Assembly: GCA_903923175.1 (NCBI GenBank)
Contig: CAIXWQ010001095.1
Location: 1-55,466, forward strand
Source: an uncultured delta proteobacterium
GTDB lineage: Bacteria > Myxococcota_A > Polyangia > Polyangiales > JADJMO01
Direction: 5' to 3'
Length of the DNA stretch: 55,466 nt
Shown here: positions 44,809 to 53,065 of the stretch, in pieces
How positions within the stretch are numbered: position 1 is the first letter of the stretch
Layout of the letters: the number at the start of each line of letters is the position of its first letter
Notes under the pieces: generated by a model
What the model saw: only the letters and a program-made list of their open reading frames with translations
Told to the model about the DNA's origin: nothing
Database searches by the model: none
Program-made: the position numbers and the translations under genes

Positions 44809-46191
44809 ATGCAGCTCGCGCGCTTCCCCGCCCTGCGCCGCGTCGCCGCGGGCTCGCTCCTCGCGCTGGTCGTGGGCGCCGTGCTGGCCTTTGCGCCCGC
44901 GTGCCAGCTCGCGCTCAACGCCTCCGACGCCGACCCGCGCTGCGATCTGCCGAACGGGACGCCCTGCGGCGACGGCACCATCTGCGTCGGCGGCGTCTGC
45001 TCCACCTGCAAGCCGCAGCCGGAGCTCTGCAACGGCCTCGACGACGACTGCGACGGCGTCGTCGACAACGGCTTCGATCTCGACGGCGACGGCTACAGCA
45101 CCTGCGTGCTCGACAAGACGCAGTTCGACTGCAACGACGACCCCGCCACCGGCGCGAGCATCCACCCGGGCGCGCCCGAGGTCTGCAACGGCTTCGACGA
45201 CAACTGCAACGGCAAGACCGACGAAGAGCCCAACGACTGCAGCGGCAAGGGGCTCGAGTGCTGGAGCGACCGCTCCCGGTGCGTCGCGCGCGGCGACTGC
45301 CGCCTCCACGGCTGCACCTCGGGCGGCTGCAACGCCGAGACGGGGCAGTGCACGTCGGCGGACTGCGTCCAGCTCGGGAGCTGCTCCGATCCGACCACGC
45401 GCTGCGATCCCAAGACGCGCACCTGCGTGAAGATCGCCAAGCTCGGCGACTCGTGCGACACGACCATCCTCTGCGACACCGGGCAGGGGCAGTGCGTCGG
45501 CGCCGACGTGCTCGGGCTGACCGGGAAGACCGGCTCGGTCTGCTCCACGTCCTGCTGCTCGACCGACCAGTGCGCGGCGGGGTTCATCTGCCGCGCCACC
45601 GGCAACGGCGCCTCGATGTGCGTGAAGGCGGCCGACGCCGGGCTCACCCTCGGCACCAAGGTCGTCCTGGCCGCGTGCAACGGCGGCGCCGAGTGCCGGA
45701 GCGGCGTGTGCGTGTCGGGCGCCTGCAGCGACGTCTGCTGCGCGAGCCCGACCTGCGGCGCCAGCGGCTCGTGCTCGATGCGCTCGGGCGACCACGACTT
45801 CGTCTGCCGCCCGAGCTCGGCGACGGGGAGCTACAACAGCTCCTGCTCGACCAGCTCGACCTGCAAGAGCGGGCTCTGCCTGTACCAGTCCTGGTGCACG
45901 AAGCACTGCTGCACGTCGGCCGACTGCAGCGCCGAGGATCGCTGCGAGACGACCGTGGTCGGCGGCGCGCTGGTCGCGTTCTGCCAGCCGCTGAACTGGA
46001 GCGAGACGGTCGGCACCAAGCTCGGCGGCGACGGCTGCGGGGTCGACTCCGACTGCCGCAGCGGGCACTGCATCTCGGGCCACTGCGACGACACCTGCTG
46101 CAAGGACTCCGACTGCGTCGGCGGCGCGCTGTGCCTCCCCAAGAAGGACGCGACCGGCTACCCGATGCACTGTCAGATCCCGGCGCAGTGA
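44809..46191 (+). CDS. Cys-rich lipoprotein with MopE-like putative metal-binding motifs
   Basis: ELCNGLDDDCDGVVD, DLDGDGY, DCNDD...IHPGAPEVCNGFDDNCNGKTDE; many C-x5-C repeats; starts right after the TPR gene's TAG. Confidence 0.8.
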   Translation: MQLARFPALRRVAAGSLLALVVGAVLAFAPACQLALNASDADPRCDLPNGTPCGDGTICVGGVCSTCKPQPELCNGLDDDCDGVVDNGFDLDGDGYSTCVLDKTQFDCNDDPATGASIHPGAPEVCNGFDDNCNGKTDEEPNDCSGKGLECWSDRSRCVARGDCRLHGCTSGGCNAETGQCTSADCVQLGSCSDPTTRCDPKTRTCVKIAKLGDSCDTTILCDTGQGQCVGADVLGLTGKTGSVCSTSCCSTDQCAAGFICRATGNGASMCVKAADAGLTLGTKVVLAACNGGAECRSGVCVSGACSDVCCASPTCGASGSCSMRSGDHDFVCRPSSATGSYNSSCSTSSTCKSGLCLYQSWCTKHCCTSADCSAEDRCETTVVGGALVAFCQPLNWSETVGTKLGGDGCGVDSDCRSGHCISGHCDDTCCKDSDCVGGALCLPKKDATGYPMHCQIPAQ

Positions 46192-46194
46192 CGC

Positions 46195-46425
46195 TTACTT
46201 CACCACCAGCTCCCGGCCGAACGCGGCCACCAGCGCGACGCCGGCGAGCACGAGGCCGATGCCGACGGCGAGCGAGACCGTCTCCCAGCGGTGGAGTCGG
46301 ACGCGCCAGTCCTTGGTGCGCAGGCCGTGGATCAGCACCTTCACGCCGAGCAGCCCGGCCCAGATCGCGGTCGCCGGCAGCGCGATGAAGAAGGCGAACA
46401 GGACGTAGAAGAGGACCAGCTCCAT
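46195..46425 (-). CDS. Small two-TM membrane protein, unknown function
   Basis: 76 aa, two hydrophobic segments, G/C-ending codons; directly downstream of priA. Confidence 0.6.
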   Translation of the reverse strand: MELVLFYVLFAFFIALPATAIWAGLLGVKVLIHGLRTKDWRVRLHRWETVSLAVGIGLVLAGVALVAAFGRELVVK

Positions 46426-46441
46426 CGGGGTCGGGCTCGTT

Positions 46442-48790
46442 CTACAGCATCGCCAGCGGGTCGACGTCGATGACGATGCGCACGTCGCGCGACTTGCGCG
46501 TGATCTCCTCGGCCGCGCGCTTCACCGCGCGCGCCACCTCGCGCAGCTCCTTGCGCGGCCCCTTCAGCAGGAGCCGGTAGCGATAGCGCCCGCGGACGCG
46601 TGGCACCGGGGCCGGGGTCGGGCCGCGCACCTCGACGATCTCGCGCTTGGTGGCCTCGAGCGCGCACGCCGCCGCCGCGAGCTGGGCCGCGACCTGCGCG
46701 GTGCGCTCCTCGGTCGGCCCGTCGAGGCGCACGAGCACGAGCCGAGAGAACGGCGGGTAGCCGAGCTCCTCGCGATCGCGCAGCTCGAGCTCCTGGAACG
46801 AGCCCACGTCGTGCTGCGCCGCGCACCGGATGGCGGCGTGCTCCGGCGTGCGCGTCTGCACCAGCACCTTGCCGGGCGCGTCGCCTCGCCCCGCGCGCCC
46901 GGCGACCTGCACCAGGAGCTGGAAGGTGCGCTCGGCGGCGCGGAAATCGGGCATCGAGAGCGCGGAGTCGGCGTTGATCACGCCCACGAGCGTCACGAAC
47001 GGGAGATCGTGCCCCTTGGTCACCATCTGGGTGCCGACCAGGATGTCGACCTCGCGCGCGCGCACGCGATCGAGGATCTTCTCGATCTCGCGGCCGCTCG
47101 CGACGTCGCGATCGAGCCGCGCCACCCGTGCGCGCGGGAACGCGCTGGCGAGCACGTCCTCGAGCCGCTCGGTGCCGGCCCCCTCGAGCGAGAGCCGCCC
47201 GTTGCAGGCGGGGCACTTCAGCGGCAGCTCCTCGACCCGATCGCAGTAGTGGCAGCGCATGCCCGCCGCGACCGGCTCGATCAGCCCGTCGCGGCGCGCG
47301 CGCGTGCCGGGCGCGCGATGGAACGTGTACGCGACGTCGCAGTCGGGACAGCGCAGCAGCTCGCCGCACGCCTCGCAGCGGACGGCAGGGGCGAAGCCGC
47401 GTCGGTTGAGGAACAGGATGGCCTGCTCGCCCGCGGCGAGCGTGGCCTCGAGCGCGCGGTGGAGCGGCAGGCTCAGCTGCTTGCTGCCGCTCGGCCCCGC
47501 GCCGACGTGCCGCAGATCGATGATCTCCACGCGCGGCATCGGCTGCGCCTTCGCGCGCTGCGCGAGCACCAGCCGCCGCGCGCGCCCCTGGTTCACCAGC
47601 TCGACGCTCTCGAGCGACGGCGTCGCGCTGCCGAGGACGCACACCGCCGACGCGCGCACGGCGCGCAGGATGGCGCAGTCGCGCGCGTGGTAGCGCACGC
47701 CCTCTTCCTGCTTGAACGACGGGTCGTGCTCCTCGTCGACGACCACGAGGCCGAGCGACGGCACCGGCGCGAAGAGCGCGCTGCGGGCGCCGATCGCGAC
47801 GCGCAGCTTCCCCTCGTGCAGGCGCCGCCACATCGCGAAGCGCGCCGCGGGGTCGAGCGCGCTGTGCACGACCGCGACGTCGTCGCCGAAGCGCGCGCGA
47901 AAGCGCGAGACCAGCTGCGGCGTGAGCGCGATCTCGGGGACGAGCATCAGCGCGCCGCGCCCGAGCGAGAGCGTGTGCGCGATCGCGCGCAGGTAGACCT
48001 CGGTCTTGCCGGAGCCGGTCACGCCGTGCAGCAGGAAGGGGAGGGGGGGCGTCTTCGCGTCGTCGAGCGACGCGGTGATCGCGGCCACCGCCTCCGCTTG
48101 CTCGGCGGTGAGCTCGGGCGCGACGTCGCGCTCCGAGGCGTCGGCGAACGCGCTCACCTCCAGCTCGCGCTCGTGCATGACCAGCACGCCACGCTTCGCC
48201 TGCTCGGCCACGATGCCGGGCGCGCCCTTCCACCGCTCGGTGAGCGCGCGCAGCGGCACCTCGCCGGCCTCGCGGACGTGCGCGACGATCTCGCTCGCGA
48301 CGCGGCCGAGCTTCACCCCTTCCACGTCGGCGACCCCGCGTGCGACGATCCGCTCCACGCGCGACGGCGCGATCTTGGACGTCTCCGGCGCGACCCCTTG
48401 CGCGCGCAGGCGCGAGATCGTCTTGCGCTCGATCGCGGGGAGCGCGAGCGCGAGCACCTCGCCGAGCGGGGCGAGATAGTACGACGCGACCTCGCGCAGG
48501 AACGCGAGCAGCTCCGCCGGGAGCGCCGGCGTGCGGTCGACGATCGCCGCGACGTCCTTGAGCTTGTCGAGCCCCTCCGGCGGCGCGGCCAGCACCGCGA
48601 CGACGACGCCGATCAGTCGACGTGCGCCGAACGGGACCAGGACGCGAGCACCCGGCACGAGATCCTGCGCGAGCGCGCTCGGCAGCCGGTAGGTGAACTG
48701 CCGGTCGATCGGCACGTCGAGCGCGACCTCGACGCACGGGCCTGCGGGCGGCGCGGCGGGCTCGTCGAAGAGCGTCGGGGATCGGGGCAC
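46442..48790 (-). CDS. priA: Replication restart helicase PriA (primosomal protein N')
   Basis: VEVALDVPIDRQFTY, LLHGVTGSGKTEVYL, LVPEIALTPQ, DEEHDPSFKQ, LGSATPSLES, FLNRRGF, four CxxC pairs, GTQMVTKGHD, QVAGRAGR; GTG 48790 preferred as start. Confidence 0.97.
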   Translation of the reverse strand: MPRSPTLFDEPAAPPAGPCVEVALDVPIDRQFTYRLPSALAQDLVPGARVLVPFGARRLIGVVVAVLAAPPEGLDKLKDVAAIVDRTPALPAELLAFLREVASYYLAPLGEVLALALPAIERKTISRLRAQGVAPETSKIAPSRVERIVARGVADVEGVKLGRVASEIVAHVREAGEVPLRALTERWKGAPGIVAEQAKRGVLVMHERELEVSAFADASERDVAPELTAEQAEAVAAITASLDDAKTPPLPFLLHGVTGSGKTEVYLRAIAHTLSLGRGALMLVPEIALTPQLVSRFRARFGDDVAVVHSALDPAARFAMWRRLHEGKLRVAIGARSALFAPVPSLGLVVVDEEHDPSFKQEEGVRYHARDCAILRAVRASAVCVLGSATPSLESVELVNQGRARRLVLAQRAKAQPMPRVEIIDLRHVGAGPSGSKQLSLPLHRALEATLAAGEQAILFLNRRGFAPAVRCEACGELLRCPDCDVAYTFHRAPGTRARRDGLIEPVAAGMRCHYCDRVEELPLKCPACNGRLSLEGAGTERLEDVLASAFPRARVARLDRDVASGREIEKILDRVRAREVDILVGTQMVTKGHDLPFVTLVGVINADSALSMPDFRAAERTFQLLVQVAGRAGRGDAPGKVLVQTRTPEHAAIRCAAQHDVGSFQELELRDREELGYPPFSRLVLVRLDGPTEERTAQVAAQLAAAACALEATKREIVEVRGPTPAPVPRVRGRYRYRLLLKGPRKELREVARAVKRAAEEITRKSRDVRIVIDVDPLAML

Positions 48791-48951
48791 GAGGGTTCGT
48801 ACACCATACCGCGGACGCGTCTGCTCCCCGCCGTCCGTAGGGGCACTCTGCACAACCATGCCTGAATTTCACGTGCGCGCGGTACTCCGCTTTAGGTACA
48901 CATTCCCTGCGCGCTCTGACCAGGACTTGGTGGAGCGACCCGGAGACGACG

Positions 48952-49602
48952 ATGCTTCGCGCCGACGAGCTCCCTTACAGCCTTGCGACGGAGCGCCTCA
49001 CGCTGCGCGCCTTCGAACCGGCCGACGGCGCCGCGCTGCTCGCCGCGATCGACGAGGGGCGCGAGGTGTTCGAGCGCTGGCTCGAGTGGCCCACGTCGTG
49101 CCGCACCATGCGCGACGCCGTCGCGTACTGCCGCCGCGCGCGCGGCCTCTTCGATCTCGCGCAGGACTTCCGCTACGCCCTCGTCACGAGGGACGACGCC
49201 CGGTTCGTCGGCGGGATCGCGATGCACGCGCCCGACCTGCGCAGCGCGCGCTGCGTGCTCGACTTCTGGGTGCGCCCTTCGGCCGCGCGCCGCGGGTTCG
49301 CCGCCGAGGCGCTGCGCGCGATCACGCAGTTGTCGTTCGCGGCCGGCGCCGCGCGGGTCGAGATCCTCGTCGAGCCGAACAACCGCCCCTCGCGCGCGCT
49401 CGCGACGCACGTCGGCTTCCGGCAAGAGGGCGTGCTGCGCGCCATGCTCGTGCGCGCCGGGCGCGCGCGCGACGTCGCGATCTACGGCGTGCTTCCGGAG
49501 GACTGGCGGCGCCTCGGTTCGCCGAGCAAGAGCCACGAACGGCTGTGTCCGGTGCGGGCCGAGGAGGCGACGCCGAGCTCCGAGACGGAGCGCTCGGCCT
49601 GA
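48952..49602 (+). CDS. GNAT acetyltransferase, RimJ/RimL family
   Basis: LATERLTLR...WLEW, FVGGI, LDFWVRPSAARRGFAAEA, VEPNNRPSRALA..VGFRQEGVLR. Confidence 0.88.
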   Translation: MLRADELPYSLATERLTLRAFEPADGAALLAAIDEGREVFERWLEWPTSCRTMRDAVAYCRRARGLFDLAQDFRYALVTRDDARFVGGIAMHAPDLRSARCVLDFWVRPSAARRGFAAEALRAITQLSFAAGAARVEILVEPNNRPSRALATHVGFRQEGVLRAMLVRAGRARDVAIYGVLPEDWRRLGSPSKSHERLCPVRAEEATPSSETERSA

Positions 49603-49604
49603 AC

Positions 49605-49644
49605 GCGACCCGGGCCACGCCGTGGGCGCCATGGCTCGGGTCGC
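49605..49644. terminator. Long GC-rich hairpin after the GNAT stop (no U-tract)
   Basis: GCGACCCGGGCCA / TGGCTCGGGTCGC 13-bp stem with one G-U pair. Confidence 0.4.
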
Positions 49645-49778
49645 CGCCACGCGCGTCGCGCGCCGCCTAGCTCGTCCACGCGGTCGAGTTGTGCCTGGCG
49701 TGGCGGATCCGGTAGCGTCGGAGCGAGTCGGCTCGAGCCCCGGTGCGCCGCGCCCAGGGCGGAGGGAGGCGCGCTGTC

Positions 49779-51596
49779 GTGACGCATGGGCCGACGACTT
49801 CGAAGGACGAGCGCGCGGCCGCCTCGTCGCAGGGCTCGACCGAGCCCGACGGGGCGTTCTCCGTGGGCGCGGTGCTCGCGGGCACCTACGAGCTGCGGGC
49901 GCTCCTCGGCACGGGCGGCATGGGGCAGGTCTTCGACGCGTGGGACCGCAGCCTCCAGCGCCGCGTCGCGATCAAGGCGCTCTGGCGCGACTTCGATCCG
50001 GCCGGGCTCGTGGCCGAGGCGCGCGCGCTCGCGGCGATCCGCCACCCGGGCGTGCCCGCGGTCTACGCCCTCTGGGAGCACGAGCGCGTGCCGTTCGTGG
50101 TCATGGAGCACCTGCACGGCACGAGCCTCTACGACCAGAGTCGCCGCCGTCAGGCGCAGCACCGCCCGTACTCGATCGCCGAGGCGACGCGGCTGCTCAT
50201 CGGCATCGCCGAGGGGCTCCACGCGGCCCACGTGGCGGGGGTCGCCCACCGCGACGTGAAGCCGGAGAACGTGCTGATCACGCCGAGCGGACGCGTCGTG
50301 CTGATCGACTTCGGGCTCATGGTGGCGCAGACCTTCATCGCGGGCGCGACCGGCTACGCGTGCGGCACGCCCGAGTACATGGCGCCCGAGTCGATCTCCG
50401 ACGAGATCGCGCGCGGCGCGGCGCACCTCGTCGACGTGTACGCGCTCGGCGTCGTCGCCTACGAGCTGCTGACCGGCGTCGTGCCGTACCAGGACGAGGT
50501 GGTGGCGCAGCTGCTCCGGGCGCACCTGCTCGCGCCCGTGCCGAGCCTGCTGGAGGCGCGGCGCGACGTGCCCGAGGGGCTCGCGGAGCTGGTGACGTCG
50601 ATGCTCGCCAAGCAGCCGCGCGATCGGCCCGCGGGCATGGAGGACGTGCTCGCGGAGCTGCGCGCGATCGAGGTCGCGGGGGCGCAGGCGGCCCGCGCTC
50701 GCGTCACGCCGAACGCGGCGAGCTCCGCGCTCGGCCTGCGCGAGCAGCTCGCGAAGGCGATCGAGGAGGCCGACAAGCAAGGGCGCACGGTGGCGCTGCT
50801 GATGATCGCGCTGCGCGAGATCGACGCGCGCGCCGACGCGGAGGACGACGCCCTCCTCGACGCGATCGGCCTGCGCATCGGCGGCTGCTCGCGTCAGCAC
50901 GACGTCGCGGTCCGGCTCTCCGTCGATCTGTTCGCGCTGATCCTGACGAAGGTGCGCCACCCCGAGGACGCCGGCATCGCCGCGGGGAGGGTCGTGCGCG
51001 CGCTGGAGAAGCCGATCGCGGCCACCGGCCAGGAGCGTCGCGTGGGCGCCTCGGTGGGGATCGCGCTCTATCCCGCCGACGCGACCGACCCCGAGGGGCT
51101 CTCGGCGAGCGCGGAGCGCGCGATGCGCGGGGCCAAGCAGGCCGGGCGCGGGCGCTATCAGTGGGCGGCGGCGAGCGACGCCTCGCCGGCGTCGGTGGCG
51201 CGCAACATCGTCTGGAGCGAGATGCACGTCGTGGGCATCGCGGCGATCGACGAGCAGCACCACGGGCTCGTCGAGCGGGTCAACCGCCTCGTCGAGGGGA
51301 TGCGCTCCGGCCTCCCGCTCGAGCGGCGGCTCGACGCGCTCGACGCGCTCGTGCTCGCGACGGCCGAGCACTTCGCCTACGAGGAGCGCCTGATGCACGA
51401 GCACGGCGTCGAGAGCGCCACCGGGCACGTCGCGCTCCACCGGCGCCTGCTCGACGACCTGCGCAGCCTCGCCACCGGCCTCGACGAGCGCAGCCTCCTG
51501 CTGACGATGCGCTACCTGCACGAGTGGCTCTTCGGCCACGTCGACAAGACCGATCTCGTGCTCGCGAAGGCGCTGCACGCGCTCGGCGTGTCGTGA
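49779..51596 (+). CDS. Ser/Thr kinase - degenerate GGDEF - bacteriohemerythrin fusion
   Basis: Kinase GTGGMGQV, VAIK, HRDVKPEN, DFG, GTPEYMAPE. GGDEF-like fold with RLSVDLF and GASVGIALYP. Hemerythrin IDEQH, HFAYEE, HVALH, WLFGHVDKTD. SD GGAGGGAGG before GTG 49779. Confidence 0.88.
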   Translation: MTHGPTTSKDERAAASSQGSTEPDGAFSVGAVLAGTYELRALLGTGGMGQVFDAWDRSLQRRVAIKALWRDFDPAGLVAEARALAAIRHPGVPAVYALWEHERVPFVVMEHLHGTSLYDQSRRRQAQHRPYSIAEATRLLIGIAEGLHAAHVAGVAHRDVKPENVLITPSGRVVLIDFGLMVAQTFIAGATGYACGTPEYMAPESISDEIARGAAHLVDVYALGVVAYELLTGVVPYQDEVVAQLLRAHLLAPVPSLLEARRDVPEGLAELVTSMLAKQPRDRPAGMEDVLAELRAIEVAGAQAARARVTPNAASSALGLREQLAKAIEEADKQGRTVALLMIALREIDARADAEDDALLDAIGLRIGGCSRQHDVAVRLSVDLFALILTKVRHPEDAGIAAGRVVRALEKPIAATGQERRVGASVGIALYPADATDPEGLSASAERAMRGAKQAGRGRYQWAAASDASPASVARNIVWSEMHVVGIAAIDEQHHGLVERVNRLVEGMRSGLPLERRLDALDALVLATAEHFAYEERLMHEHGVESATGHVALHRRLLDDLRSLATGLDERSLLLTMRYLHEWLFGHVDKTDLVLAKALHALGVS

Positions 51597-51619
51597 CGTG
51601 AGTCGACCGCTGCGCCCGC

Positions 51620-52894
51620 TCAGCGCAGCCCGAGCAGCTCTCGCGCGCGCGCCGGGTCGGCGAGCTTGCGATCGATCGACGCAGCGTACGCCGCGGCGCG
51701 CGCGACCAGCGGCGCGCTCCCCTCGGCGAGGACCCCCTTCTCGAGGTAGATGTTGTCCTCGAGCCCGACGCGCGCGTGGCCGCCGAGGCGCATGGCGAGC
51801 TCGGTCATCGGCCGCTGGTGGCGCCCGGTCGCCGCGACGGCCCACGAGTGCGGCACGCCGGAGGCGGCGAGCTCGCCGACGAGGAAGCGCAGCAGCGACT
51901 CGCGCGGCGCCATCGCGCCCGGCACGCCCATCACGAACTGCACGTGGAGCGTCCCCGAGATCCTGTTCTCCTTCACGAGCGAGAGCGCCTCGTCGAGGTG
52001 CCCGACCTCGTAGCACTCGCACTCGGCGATCGAGCCCGTCTCCTGGATGCGCGCCGCGACCTCGCGGATCTCCTTGCGGGTGTTGACGAAGATGTCGTCG
52101 CCGAAGTTGATGGTGCCGCAGTTGAGCGTCGCCATCTCGGGGATCGGGCGGAGCAGCAGCGGCTGGCAGCGCTCCTCGATCGGCATGCCGACGGCGCCGC
52201 CGGTGGTGACCTGGATGACGACGTCCGACTTGCGACGGATCGCCTCGATCGTGGCGGCGAAGCGATCTCGCGACTGCGTGGGCTTGCCGTCGTCGGTGCG
52301 CACGTGGAGGTGCACGACCGACGCGCCGGCCTCGCGGCATCGCGCGGCCTCGTCGGCGATCTCCTCGGGCGTGAACGGGACGTGCGGGTTCTGCGCGCGG
52401 GTGACCTCGGCGCCCACGAGCGCCGCCGTGAGGATCAGCTCGGGGAGCGGATGCGAGGCCGGGAGCGCGTGCAGCTCGGGGGCGGCGAGCCGAGCGGGCG
52501 GCCGCTTCTGCAGCTCGGCGGGGACGACGCAGGTGCCGACGGCGCGGGTGACCACGATCGGCGGGTCGTAGTGCTCGGCGGCGCTCGCGGGGATGCCCGG
52601 CTTGCGCACGTTGCCGGCGACCTTGCGCGCCTCGAAGACCATCTTGCGCGAGGTGCGCCCGACGTGGACGAGCTCGGCCACCGCCTCGATGTAGTCGCCC
52701 GCGAACACCGGCGCGAGGAACTCGATCGACTCGTAGGCGCGGAAGAGCCCCTCGTCGCCGTCGTGCCGGATGAGCAGCTCGGTCGCGAGATCGCCGAACA
52801 GCGCGAGCATCCGCGCGCCGTCGACCAGCTCGCCCGCGTAGTGGGCGTCGTGGCTCGACATGCGCAGGCGGACGGAGGTGCGAAGGACGGTCAT
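51620..52894 (-). CDS. kal-kce: Fusion of 3-aminobutyryl-CoA ammonia-lyase (Kal, hotdog fold) and 3-keto-5-aminohexanoate cleavage enzyme (Kce/BKACE)
   Basis: N-terminal [55 protein letters not shown] (Kal). C-terminal [13 protein letters not shown]...[43 protein letters not shown] (Kce). Confidence 0.9.
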   Translation of the reverse strand: MTVLRTSVRLRMSSHDAHYAGELVDGARMLALFGDLATELLIRHDGDEGLFRAYESIEFLAPVFAGDYIEAVAELVHVGRTSRKMVFEARKVAGNVRKPGIPASAAEHYDPPIVVTRAVGTCVVPAELQKRPPARLAAPELHALPASHPLPELILTAALVGAEVTRAQNPHVPFTPEEIADEAARCREAGASVVHLHVRTDDGKPTQSRDRFAATIEAIRRKSDVVIQVTTGGAVGMPIEERCQPLLLRPIPEMATLNCGTINFGDDIFVNTRKEIREVAARIQETGSIAECECYEVGHLDEALSLVKENRISGTLHVQFVMGVPGAMAPRESLLRFLVGELAASGVPHSWAVAATGRHQRPMTELAMRLGGHARVGLEDNIYLEKGVLAEGSAPLVARAAAYAASIDRKLADPARARELLGLR

Positions 52895-53065
52895 GCCGGG
52901 ACCTTAGAACGAGTCGCGCCGCGGCTGCATCGTCAAGGTTGGCTCGTCCGTCCCGCGCGAGGAACCGCAGCGACCACGTCTTGGGCACCTGCGAGGCACG
53001 CGCGTGCGGCGGCCCGACGCGTCCCGCCGTCGGAGTGCCCGGACGCGGTATGCTGCGGCAAGACC

